A stretch of DNA of 11,949 nt, taken from positions 1-11,949 of the forward strand of contig JAVKJW010000046.1 in the NCBI GenBank assembly GCA_031458695.1. Reading direction: 5' to 3'. Below are positions 1-7,739 of the stretch, piece after piece; position 1 is the first letter of the stretch, and each line of letters starts with the position of its first letter. The notes below the pieces were generated by a model. The model was not told the origin of the DNA, did not search any database, and was given only the letters and a program-made list of their open reading frames with translations. This DNA is from Candidatus Thermofontivivens primus. GTDB taxonomy: Bacteria > Sysuimicrobiota > Sysuimicrobiia > Sysuimicrobiales > Thermofontiviventaceae. A program made the translations under genes and the position numbers.

Positions 1-2
1 TC

Positions 3-413
3 TCTGAAGCGGCTGAGCCGGCGCTGCATTGGGCGATAGCCCTTGGGGAGGTGTTCGGTGCAGAGGTGGTCATCCTGCATGTCATGGATCTCAGTATCGC
101 AGCGCTCGCTGGGCTTCCCTCGCAGATCGCGGCCTTCCCTGCTGCTGGTGAGCTCCTGGAGAGAGTTCGGAGCGAAGCGGAACAGGAGATGGCAAAGGTG
201 GCCGCGCGGTTTCCCACGGCGCGGACGCTGCTACGGGAAGGCTCTCCCCGCTCGGTGATCCTCGAGGTTGCCGCAGAGATCGGTGCAGACCTCATCGTCA
301 TGGGCACACACGGCAGGACTGGCCTCGCCCACGTCTTCTTTGGGAGCGTCGCCGAACACATCGTCCGGCACAGCAAAATCCCCGTCCTGACTGTCCGCCA
401 GGCGGAGGGATGA
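3..413 (+). CDS. Universal stress protein (UspA family), 5'-truncated by the window edge
   Basis: The frame of ORF 51..413 stays open back to position 3 (SEAAEPALHWAIALGEVFGAEVVILHV). The C-terminus has the USP signature GADLIVMGTHGRTGLAHVFFGSVAEHIVRHSKIPVLTV, with the G-x2-G-x9-GS nucleotide-binding motif. Stop TGA 411-413. Confidence 0.93.
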   Translation, partial: SEAAEPALHWAIALGEVFGAEVVILHVMDLSIAALAGLPSQIAAFPAAGELLERVRSEAEQEMAKVAARFPTARTLLREGSPRSVILEVAAEIGADLIVMGTHGRTGLAHVFFGSVAEHIVRHSKIPVLTVRQAEG

Positions 414-457
414 TACGCCCGCGCATCCCTGGAGCTCAGAGGAGAGCCCCAGAACTT

Positions 458-2260
458 TCATGAGGTGCGCTGGTTTCGTGCATCCTCCTCTGGGAAGAGA
501 CCTAGGAGCTGCCCATCGCGCAGGCGGGCGTAGCCCCGCTGGGTGAGGCGCAGGTGGGGAATGGCCGCGGTCGTCAGGACCTCTGCCCCCAGCAAAGGAT
601 CCTCTAAGGCGCTCCCCAGATGCCTCATCGTCTGTTCCACCTTATCTAGGGCTTCCACGATCTCCGGGAGCGGCGCAGGGCTCATGATCCCAGCGATGGG
701 TGCACAGAACTCAGCCACCACATGCCCGCTGTCAACCACCACAGCCCCGCCCTGGATCTCCGCCACGCGATTGACCGCTACTGCCATGTCCCGCGCATCC
801 GTCCCTACGACAACCATGCAAGGGGAGTCCCATGCCATGGTGCTGGCCAGGGCTCCCCTCTGGAGCCCAAATCCTCGCACGAAGCCTACGAAGCGCTCCC
901 CAGATCCCCTACAGCGTTCCAGGGCTGCCACTTTGATCACGTCTTGTTCCCGATCGATGTGTACCTCACCCCCGTGCACAGGGAGTCTCGCCTCACCTTC
1001 CCGGGTGACCAGGTGGGTCACCATCTCGATCACGCGCACCCGAACCTCTCCTTCCTGCAGTGGGGCCGCCACTTTGAAGTCCTGGGGCTCGGCCGGTCGA
1101 GCAAGCCGTACAGATTGGTACGCCTCTCCCGGGAAGGTGATGGATCTTGGTTCTACGACAAGCTGCCCCTCGCGAGCAATCAGACGACCGCGGCAGTAGA
1201 CCCGCCACGGCCGGAAGTTCCGCAGATCATCGACGAGAATCATGTCCGCCTGCCGGCCCGGCGCGATGCCACCAATGAGGTGGTCGAGCCGGAAGTGTTC
1301 CGCCACGTTCAAGGTGGTAGCCTGGATGGCCTTCACCGGATCGAGGCCGAGGGCAATGGCGCGGCGCAAGGTACGGTCCAAGTAGCCGTCCCGGAAAAGC
1401 CGGCGCGGCCCTACGGAATCGGTGACGAGGATCATGTGGCGCAATTCCAGGTTCCCTTGACACCACAATGGGGCGAAGGCGTCCAGGTCGCGTCGGATCT
1501 CCCCATCCCGCGCCATCCAGTACACCCCTAACCGCAGGCGTTCCAGAGCCTCCTCTGCGGTGATGGGTTCGTGGCAGCTGGAGATCCCTGAAGCGACGTA
1601 GGCAGCAAGGCGCTGGCCCCTGGCACCTGCGGCATGGCCCTCGACGACCTTTCCGGCGCGATGGGCTTCGTGTGCGAGATGCAGCAACCGTAGGTCTTCC
1701 CGCAGCACGAGGTTCCCCCAGTAGATCTCGCCCAGGCCCACGACGTCCTCCCGCAGGAAAAGATCCCTGTAATATTGGACAGGCGGAACGCCCTCCTCCA
1801 GGAACTCCGCAACCGCTGCAAGGGGAGGAAGTGTAGCAAAAAAAGAGATAGGTTGACCTGCCAAAGCATCCAGCATAGCGGTGATCCCTAGTACCCCGAG
1901 GATCGACGCCATCTCGGTGAGCTCTGTGACCACGGTCGTTGTCCCCCCGGGGGCAGCATACCGGATGAACTCTTCGATGCCATACCGGGTGATGAGGTGG
2001 GTGTGGCCTTCCACCAGGCCTGGTGTCAGCAGCCGTTTCTCTGCGTCTACCACCTCCGTGTGATCCCCGATGGCGAACCGTGCGTCCGGTCCCACGTAGG
2101 CAATCCATGGTCCTTTGATCGCTACATCGATGTTTGGCAGGATCTCCGAGGTATACACACAGACAAGCGTTGCGTTGCGGACGACCAGGTCCGCAGGTTC
2201 CCGCCCAAGTGCCACATGCATGAGAACACGCCGTTCCTCAAGGGAAGGAGAAAGTCGCAT
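458..2260 (-). CDS. Adenine deaminase family amidohydrolase (COG1001); substrate uncertain
   Basis: About 600 aa with the amidohydrolase HxH motif (PGLVEGHTH), GLGE, EGHA, SCHE, VTD, GGIAPGRQAD and an adenine-deaminase C-terminal domain (GFVRGFGLQRGALAST...PIAGIMS). Start moved to ATG 2260 because GGGAGG lies 8 nt upstream; the ORF-track start at 2425 overlaps the divergent promoter. Confidence 0.85.
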   Translation of the reverse strand: MRLSPSLEERRVLMHVALGREPADLVVRNATLVCVYTSEILPNIDVAIKGPWIAYVGPDARFAIGDHTEVVDAEKRLLTPGLVEGHTHLITRYGIEEFIRYAAPGGTTTVVTELTEMASILGVLGITAMLDALAGQPISFFATLPPLAAVAEFLEEGVPPVQYYRDLFLREDVVGLGEIYWGNLVLREDLRLLHLAHEAHRAGKVVEGHAAGARGQRLAAYVASGISSCHEPITAEEALERLRLGVYWMARDGEIRRDLDAFAPLWCQGNLELRHMILVTDSVGPRRLFRDGYLDRTLRRAIALGLDPVKAIQATTLNVAEHFRLDHLIGGIAPGRQADMILVDDLRNFRPWRVYCRGRLIAREGQLVVEPRSITFPGEAYQSVRLARPAEPQDFKVAAPLQEGEVRVRVIEMVTHLVTREGEARLPVHGGEVHIDREQDVIKVAALERCRGSGERFVGFVRGFGLQRGALASTMAWDSPCMVVVGTDARDMAVAVNRVAEIQGGAVVVDSGHVVAEFCAPIAGIMSPAPLPEIVEALDKVEQTMRHLGSALEDPLLGAEVLTTAAIPHLRLTQRGYARLRDGQLLGLFPEEDARNQRTS

Positions 2261-2396
2261 GATCCCAGCCTCCCGCATCGAGGGGTTGCGGTCGTTGAAT
2301 GGGCCCCTCGGCACACCGTAAAGAGGTTCGTTGAGGTACTGGATAACCCTTGTTTCGAGGCACGCCGGACAGGTTCCTCTCAACGGTCGCGTCGAT

Positions 2397-2426
2397 TTGA
2401 CAGCAAGAAAGAAGCGGCAGTACAAT
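2397..2426 (+). promoter_or_regulatory. Sigma70/SigA promoter for the T-box-hisS-aspS transcript
   Basis: TTGACA (2397-2402), 18-nt spacer, TACAAT (2421-2426), about 15 nt before T-box Stem I. Confidence 0.8.
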
Positions 2427-2441
2427 AAAATCCAAGCGAGA

Positions 2442-2710
2442 GGCGATGAAGAAGAGGAGTAGGCCTGGACTCCTGCTCAGAGAGGGAGGAGGCGGTGAGA
2501 GTCTCCCCGGGATCCTGGCTGAACGACGCTTCCGAGCCGCGGCCCGAAGGGATGGCGGGTGCTATACCTGTGTAGGGCTAGCCGGGACCGCCCGTTAGCG
2601 CGGCCAGAGTGCCACGGCTCCCAGGAGAGCTGTGGAATCAGGGTGGCACCGCGGGCTGAATGCTCCCGTCCCTGCTTAGAGCGCATGCTGACAGGGCGGG
2701 AGTTTTGTTT
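2442..2710 (+). promoter_or_regulatory. T-box riboswitch (transcriptional attenuator), Asp specifier GAC
   Basis: Stem I with GA motif, AGTA (2458-2461), AG box AGAGAG (2479-2484), GGTGA (2494-2498), GAA (2521-2523) and specifier GAC (2525-2527). Stem II GCCC-GAA...GTA-GGGC (2542-2578). Stem IIA/B CGC-CCGTTA-GCG-CGG (2589-2603). Stem III CCACGGCTC/GAGCTGTGG (2612-2635). Antiterminator CAGGG-TGGCACC-GCGGG...CCCGT-CCCTG (2639-2674). It lies directly upstream of aminoacyl-tRNA synthetase genes. Confidence 0.95.
2663..2710 (+). terminator. Intrinsic terminator of the T-box leader
   Basis: CTCCCG(T)CCCTG (2663-2674) pairs with CAGGGCGGGAG (2692-2702), followed by TTTTGTTT (2703-2710). Its 5' arm is shared with the antiterminator 3' arm. 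Confidence 0.88.
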
Positions 2711-2781
2711 CAGGCCCTCCCAGTCGTCTCTTGACATTGGCAGGGCCCCGTGGGGGATCCTGGCGACCGAAGGAGGCAGGG

Positions 2782-4050
2782 ATGAAGTATCGAGCGGTGC
2801 GGGGGATGCATGACATCCTCCCCGAGGAATCTTGGAAGTGGCAGTACCTGGAGGAGAAGATCCGGACATTCGCCCACCGGTACGGGTTCAGGGAGATCCG
2901 CACCCCCATGCTCGAGTACACCGAAGTGTTCCAGCGTGGTGTGGGGGAAGGGACGGACATTGTCGAGAAAGAGATGTACACCTTCCTCGATCGGGGGGGA
3001 AGGAGCCTAAGCCTGCGCCCGGAAGGGACCGCGGCAGTTGTACGAGCCTACCTTGAGCACAACCTCGGTGCCTCCGGAACGCCCGTGAAGCTGTACTACA
3101 TCGCTCCTCTGTTCCGTTACGACCGACCCCAGCGCGGCCGCTACCGTCAGCACCACCAGTTCGGAGCGGAGATCCTGGGGACGCCTGATCCGGCCGCCGA
3201 TGCTGAGGTGCTGAGCCTTCCCATCCGCCTGATGCAAGACCTTGGCCTGCGTGAAGTGGAAGTCCATCTGAACAGCGTCGGGGACGCGGCATGCCGGCCG
3301 CGGTACATTGCGGCCCTCCGGGAATACTTCGGAAGGTATCTGGATGAGCTGTGCCCGGATTGCCGAAGGCGCTATGATGTGAACCCTTTACGCATCCTTG
3401 ACTGCAAGGAGGAACGCTGTCACCGTCTGACCCGGGAGGCGCCCACGATCTTCCCCTACCTCTGTCAGGAGTGCCGTAATCACTTCGAGGGTGTCCAGGA
3501 GCACCTGGATTGGCTGGGAATCCGTTACACCATCGATCCCTTCATCGTCCGGGGTCTCGATTACTATACCAGGACGGCAGCGGAGGTATACTCCGGGAAG
3601 CTCGGGGCGCAGAATGCCATGTTCGGAGGCGGGCGGTACGATGGTCTAGCCAGCCAGCTTGGCGGTCCTCCCGTCCCTGGCGTCGGCTTTGGGATGGGGA
3701 TCGAGAGGTTGCTCCTCGTGCTGGAGGAAGAAGGCATCGCGTTGCCTCGGGAGGACGGTGTGGATGTGTTCGTGGCCACAACGGGGAAGACAGGACACCG
3801 AGAGGCATTCCAGCTTCTGGACCAGATGCGCCAGGCCGGCCTGCGCGCCGATGGGGATCCTTCCCATCGGGAGCTTCGTGCCCAGATGAAGCTGGCCAAT
3901 CGTCTGGGGGCGCGTTACGCGGTGATCCTTGGCGAAGAAGAGTTGCGCCTGAGTATGGCCACTGTGCGAAATATGGCCAGCGGGGATCAGGAGCGCCTCC
4001 CACTCGAAGGCTTGATTGAGGCGCTTCGGGAACGGATCCAGAAAACGTGA
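2782..4050 (+). CDS. hisS: Histidine--tRNA ligase
   Basis: Motifs RGMHD, EKEMYTF, LRPEGTA, FRYDRPQRGRYRQ, VRGLDYY, GGGRYDGL, GFGMGIERL and a C-terminal anticodon-binding domain. AGGAGG (2771-2776) precedes ATG 2782. Confidence 0.98.
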   Translation: MKYRAVRGMHDILPEESWKWQYLEEKIRTFAHRYGFREIRTPMLEYTEVFQRGVGEGTDIVEKEMYTFLDRGGRSLSLRPEGTAAVVRAYLEHNLGASGTPVKLYYIAPLFRYDRPQRGRYRQHHQFGAEILGTPDPAADAEVLSLPIRLMQDLGLREVEVHLNSVGDAACRPRYIAALREYFGRYLDELCPDCRRRYDVNPLRILDCKEERCHRLTREAPTIFPYLCQECRNHFEGVQEHLDWLGIRYTIDPFIVRGLDYYTRTAAEVYSGKLGAQNAMFGGGRYDGLASQLGGPPVPGVGFGMGIERLLLVLEEEGIALPREDGVDVFVATTGKTGHREAFQLLDQMRQAGLRADGDPSHRELRAQMKLANRLGARYAVILGEEELRLSMATVRNMASGDQERLPLEGLIEALRERIQKT

Positions 4051-4064
4051 AGGAGAGAGGAGCC

Positions 4065-5840
4065 ATGGGGACAGCTTGGAAGAGGACACACTACTGTGGG
4101 ATGATCTCTACGAACGAGGAAGGACAAGAGGTCACCTTGATGGGCTGGGTGCAGAGAAGGCGGGACCACGGGGGTCTCATCTTCGTGGATCTCCGTGACC
4201 GGGAGGGGATCGTCCAAGTGGTGTTCAATCCCCAGCACTCCCAGGAGGCGTTTGCGGTAGCTGGGGAGGTACGTGGAGAATACGTCCTGGCCGTTCGCGG
4301 TGTAGTTTCGCGGCGTCCACCAGGGACCGAGAACCCCAGGATCAAAACTGGTCAGGTGGAGGTATTGGCCACGGAGGCGGAGATCCTGAACCCCTCCTTG
4401 AACCCGCCGTTTCCCATCGACGACGTAGAGGTGGACGAGGCGGTCCGGCTTCGCTACCGGTACCTCGACCTCCGGCGAACTCGGATGTACCGGAACTTGG
4501 TACTCCGGCACCGGTTGGCCAAGGCGACGCGGGACTTTCTCGACAGGAAGGGGTTCATTGAAGTCGAAACACCGTTTTTGATCAAGACCACGCCGGAGGG
4601 GGCCAGAGACTTCCTCGTTCCCAGCCGCCTCCACCCTGGGAAGTTTTACGTGCTCCCCCAGTCCCCGCAGCTGTTCAAACAGATCTTGATGGTTGCCGGG
4701 TTCGATCGCTACTTCCAGATCGTCCGCTGCTTCCGCGACGAAGACCTCCGGGCGGACCGCCAGCCGGAGTTCACCCAGATTGATATGGAGATGAGCTTCG
4801 TCGACCAGGAAGACGTGCTCCAGCTGGTGGAGGAGCTGATGGCGTACTTGATGGAGAGGGTGATGGGGGTGTCCGTGAAGACCCCCTTCCCGAGGCTCAC
4901 GTATGCCCAAGCCATGGCGAGGTATGGTTCGGACAAGCCAGATCTCCGTTTTGGAATGGAGATTGCCGATATCACCGAGGCGTTTCAGCATCCCCAGGCG
5001 AGGGTCATCTCTGAGGCCATGGCCGCTGGGGGCGTAGTGCGGGCTATCCATGCGAGACAGGCTGCTCACCTGACGCGCAGGGAGGTAGAGGAACTCGCCT
5101 CAGTGGTCCAGTCTGCGGGAGGAAAGGGGCTGATCCCACTGTACATTACCTCTGATGGAGCGAGGTCACCTCTCGGCCGGGCCATCACCGCGGAGGAGGT
5201 GGAGAAGATCCGGGAGCGACTGGGCGCGCAAGATGGGGACCTCATTCTCATCGTGGCAGACGAACCAGAGAAAGCCTCAGAGCTCTTAGGACAAGTGCGG
5301 TTGGAACTGGCGCGGAGGCTGGGGATGATCCCGCGGGATACATACGCCTTCGCCTGGGTTGTGGAGTTTCCTATGTTCGAGTGGAGCGAGGAGGAGAAAA
5401 AGCTCGTGGCTAAGCACCACCCGTTCACCTCACCTATGGACGAAGACCTTCCCTATCTCGAGTCGGATCCTTTGCGGGTGCGAGCCAAGGCGTATGACCT
5501 CATCTTGAACGGAGTGGAGCTTGGTGGGGGAAGCATCAGGATCCACCGCGCGGAGCTGCAGGCTCGGGTGTTCAAGGCTCTCGGCATCTCGGAGGAGCAA
5601 GCCCAGAGGAAGTTCGGCTTCCTCCTGGAGGCTTTCCAGTATGGGGCTCCTCCCCATGGGGGGATCGCGCTGGGGTTTGATCGCCTCGTCATGCTCCTGT
5701 GCGGGGAGGAGACGATCCGCGACGTGATCGCCTTTCCCAAGACCCAGAGTGGGATGGACCTTATGATTGGTGCTCCTTCCGAGGTGGAGGAACGCCAGCT
5801 GCGGGAAGTACACATCCGCGTGGATCAGAGGGCAGGGTAG
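4065..5840 (+). CDS. aspS: Aspartate--tRNA ligase, probably non-discriminating tRNA(Asp/Asn) type
   Basis: Motifs RTHYCG, RRDHGGLIFVDLRD, RLRYRYLDLR, TPEGARDF, LPQSPQLFKQ, CFRDEDLRADRQPEFTQID, HHPFT, GGGSIR, GAPPHGGIALGFDR. GAGGAG precedes ATG 4065; an alternative GTG start at 4047 overlaps the hisS stop. Confidence 0.98.
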   Translation: MGTAWKRTHYCGMISTNEEGQEVTLMGWVQRRRDHGGLIFVDLRDREGIVQVVFNPQHSQEAFAVAGEVRGEYVLAVRGVVSRRPPGTENPRIKTGQVEVLATEAEILNPSLNPPFPIDDVEVDEAVRLRYRYLDLRRTRMYRNLVLRHRLAKATRDFLDRKGFIEVETPFLIKTTPEGARDFLVPSRLHPGKFYVLPQSPQLFKQILMVAGFDRYFQIVRCFRDEDLRADRQPEFTQIDMEMSFVDQEDVLQLVEELMAYLMERVMGVSVKTPFPRLTYAQAMARYGSDKPDLRFGMEIADITEAFQHPQARVISEAMAAGGVVRAIHARQAAHLTRREVEELASVVQSAGGKGLIPLYITSDGARSPLGRAITAEEVEKIRERLGAQDGDLILIVADEPEKASELLGQVRLELARRLGMIPRDTYAFAWVVEFPMFEWSEEEKKLVAKHHPFTSPMDEDLPYLESDPLRVRAKAYDLILNGVELGGGSIRIHRAELQARVFKALGISEEQAQRKFGFLLEAFQYGAPPHGGIALGFDRLVMLLCGEETIRDVIAFPKTQSGMDLMIGAPSEVEERQLREVHIRVDQRAG

Positions 5841-5919
5841 TTCCTTCAGTCTCTCCATGTGCTGCCACGGCGTATTGGAGATTGGAGTGGGCACGGCAAG
5901 AACCTTGGAAGAGCTCCCA

Positions 5920-5948
5920 TTGCCCAGATCGCAAGGGTGTGGTATGAT
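5920..5948 (+). promoter_or_regulatory. Sigma70/SigA promoter for 6S RNA
   Basis: TTGCCC (5920-5925), 17-nt spacer, TATGAT (5943-5948), with an extended -10 TG at 5940-5941. Confidence 0.72.
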
Positions 5949-5964
5949 ACTCTCCGGTGGGGTG

Positions 5965-6156
5965 AGGTCCCTGCCATACGCGTGAGGAGCCGGAAGTTCC
6001 GAGCCAACACCTAGGAAGAGGGAGCTCGGCTCTGGACGCGGACAGCAGGCCCTCGATGAAACCTGTTGGCGAGAGGGAAGCTGGAAACGTCCAGGAGGGC
6101 ACCCACCTGCGAGAGCAGGTTCGGGGACTGCGGCGAACACGGTATGGCGGGGATCT
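5965..6156 (+). ncRNA. ssrS: 6S RNA
   Basis: About 190 nt closed by a 15-bp terminal stem (AGGTCCCTGCCATAC 5965-5979 with GTATGGCGGGGATCT 6142-6156), continued by CGTG/CACG. Contains GGGAGC and GGCACCCACCTG...GCAGGTTC, as in Firmicutes-type 6S RNAs. The position just after aspS matches the known 6S locus in Bacillus. Ends are approximate. Confidence 0.85.
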
Positions 6157-6227
6157 TTTGTAGGAGAGTCCCGAGGCTTTTTCGGGGTAGTTGAGCGACT
6201 GAGGACATTCCGCAGGAGGGATGGACA

Positions 6228-6254
6228 CCCGCGAAATGCAGTGCATTTCGTGGG
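6228..6254. repeat. 27-bp near-perfect inverted repeat upstream of rarA
   Basis: CCCGCGAAATGCA-G-TGCATTTCGTGGG: 13-bp arms, one mismatch (G-U compatible), 1-nt centre. Confidence 0.8.
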
Positions 6255-6261
6255 GCCCGCG

Positions 6262-7611
6262 ATGGAACTCTTCGCCCAGGGGATGCGAGGTCGGTTGGAG
6301 GCCGAAGCTCCTCTTGCCTCGCGCATGCGGCCCCGGACTCTCGAGGAGTTTGTTGGCCAGGATCATCTCGTCGGACCTGGACGTGTCCTCCGCAGGGCTA
6401 TCGAGGCCGATGAGCTGACCTCTGTCCTCCTCTGGGGACCTCCTGGGACCGGAAAGACCTCCCTCGCGCATATCATTGCGAACGTTACCCACTCCCACTT
6501 CGTCCAGGTCAACGCGGTGACAAGCGGCGTGGCCGAACTGAAGCGGATCATTGAGGAAGCCAAAGAACGCCGCCTTCTTTACGGTACTCGCACGATCCTG
6601 TTCATCGATGAGATCCACCGGTTCAACAAGGCCCAACAGGATGTTCTCCTTCCGTACGTGGAAGATGGCACGATCATCTTGATCGGGGCGACGACAGAGA
6701 ACCCCTTCTATGAGGTGAACGCAACCCTGGTCTCGCGCTCCCGTGTCTTCCGGCTCGAGCCCCTGCGACCTGAGCACGTGCGGACGATCGTCGAGCGGGC
6801 TCTCCGCGATCCAGAGCGCGGTCTTGGCAAATACCGCATCCACTTGGATGAGCAGGCGATGGCGCACATTTGTCAGATCAGCAACGGGGATGCCCGCGTC
6901 GCCTTGAATATCCTCGAGCTGGCCTGCATGACGACACCCCCGGACAAGGAGGGAGTTCGTCATGTGAGCCTTCCGCAGGTGGAGGAGGCCAGCCAGAGGA
7001 GGGCTGTTCTCTATGACCGCGAGGGAGACCAGCATTATGACAGCATTTCCGCCTTCATCAAGAGCATGCGGGGCTCCGATCCCGACGCAGCGGTCTACTG
7101 GCTCGCGCGGATGCTATACGCGGGAGAGGACCCGCGGTATATCGCCCGGCGTATGATCGTGCACGCGGCAGAGGATGTCGGCCTTGCCGACCCTATGGCG
7201 CTTGTTGTGGCCACCGCTGCTGCGCACGCTGTAGAGTATGTGGGCCTTCCCGAAGCCCGCATCCCTCTCGCCGAGGCAGCCATCTACATCGCCACGGCAC
7301 CCAAGAGTAACTCCGTTGTCCAGGCCATCTCCCGGGCGATGGAGGACGTGGAGAAAAAGCAGGCGGAGCCGGTGCCCATCCATCTCCGCGACAGCAGCCA
7401 CCCGCAGGTACGAGAGCAGATGGGCCACGGGAAGGGCTACAAGTACGTACATGACTTCCCGGGACGGTTTGTCCTCCAGCAGTACCTCCCTGACAACCTG
7501 CAGGGGACCGTCTACTACGAGCCTTCAGATTCTGGTTTCGAGGTTGAGATCCGAAAGCGCTTAGAGCAGTGGTGGCAGGGCGTAAAGCGGTACTCTAGGG
7601 AGTCCGACTAA
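6262..7611 (+). CDS. rarA: Replication-associated recombination protein A (RarA/MgsA AAA+ ATPase)
   Basis: Motifs [17 protein letters not shown], Walker A GPPGTGKT, Walker [69 protein letters not shown]. Start ATG 6262 (MELF) preferred; GTG 6241 is possible. Confidence 0.97.
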   Translation: MELFAQGMRGRLEAEAPLASRMRPRTLEEFVGQDHLVGPGRVLRRAIEADELTSVLLWGPPGTGKTSLAHIIANVTHSHFVQVNAVTSGVAELKRIIEEAKERRLLYGTRTILFIDEIHRFNKAQQDVLLPYVEDGTIILIGATTENPFYEVNATLVSRSRVFRLEPLRPEHVRTIVERALRDPERGLGKYRIHLDEQAMAHICQISNGDARVALNILELACMTTPPDKEGVRHVSLPQVEEASQRRAVLYDREGDQHYDSISAFIKSMRGSDPDAAVYWLARMLYAGEDPRYIARRMIVHAAEDVGLADPMALVVATAAAHAVEYVGLPEARIPLAEAAIYIATAPKSNSVVQAISRAMEDVEKKQAEPVPIHLRDSSHPQVREQMGHGKGYKYVHDFPGRFVLQQYLPDNLQGTVYYEPSDSGFEVEIRKRLEQWWQGVKRYSRESD

Positions 7612-7686
7612 TTTGCCCCACGAAAGACCTGTCAAAAGAGTTCACTGGGTATCTCCACAAGCTTCTCCCACAAATCCTAAGGCGCT

Positions 7687-7715
7687 TTGACTCCCTATCC
7701 TGGTCTTGGTATCAT
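7687..7715 (+). promoter_or_regulatory. Sigma70/SigA promoter for mnmA and downstream genes
   Basis: TTGACT (7687-7692), 17-nt spacer, TATCAT (7710-7715), extended -10 TG at 7707-7708, about 25 nt before the mnmA ATG. Confidence 0.75.
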
Positions 7716-7739
7716 GGAACAGGCCGAGGGGAGATCCGT

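Noticed and set aside
2311..2330. CCGTAAA, resembling the purine riboswitch L3 loop, near a purine deaminase gene
   Set aside because: It is on the wrong strand for the deaminase, and the other consensus elements (TATAAT, ATATGG, TTTCTACC) are absent.
2261..2425. 55-codon N-terminal extension of the deaminase ORF, including CPAC
   Set aside because: It overlaps the divergent promoter and has no RBS, whereas ATG 2260 has a good GGGAGG.
2731..2761. Perfect TTGACA after the T-box terminator, a possible internal hisS promoter
   Set aside because: No acceptable -10 at 16-18 nt; the best is GATCCT at 19 nt. It would need start-site data.
2477..2869. ORFs 2477..2869 (-) and 2559..2813 (+) in the hisS leader
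   Set aside because: The region is explained by the T-box riboswitch, and the translations show no recognisable protein features.
5844..5887. Imperfect hairpin just after the aspS stop
   Set aside because: It needs several G-U pairs and a bulge and has no U-tract, so it cannot be called a terminator.
6221..6418. 65-aa ORF preceded by AGGAGG
   Set aside because: The SD is only 1 nt from the ATG, and the ORF overlaps rarA out of frame.
5761..7035. Long antisense ORFs (424 aa here; also 3987..5069, 9295..10560 and the + strand ORFs opposite the deaminase)
   Set aside because: They lie opposite well-conserved genes. Long shadow frames are expected in GC-rich coding DNA, and none shows a recognisable motif.
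7649..7675. TCTCCACAA / TCTCCCACAA direct repeat resembling DnaA boxes
   Set aside because: Two or more mismatches to TTATCCACA, only two copies, and no origin-like context.
7685..7712. GACT...GGTC partial dyad in the mnmA promoter as a relic Rrf2/IscR operator
   Set aside because: The spacing does not fit the IscR type-1 site, and the match is explained by the -35 hexamer itself.
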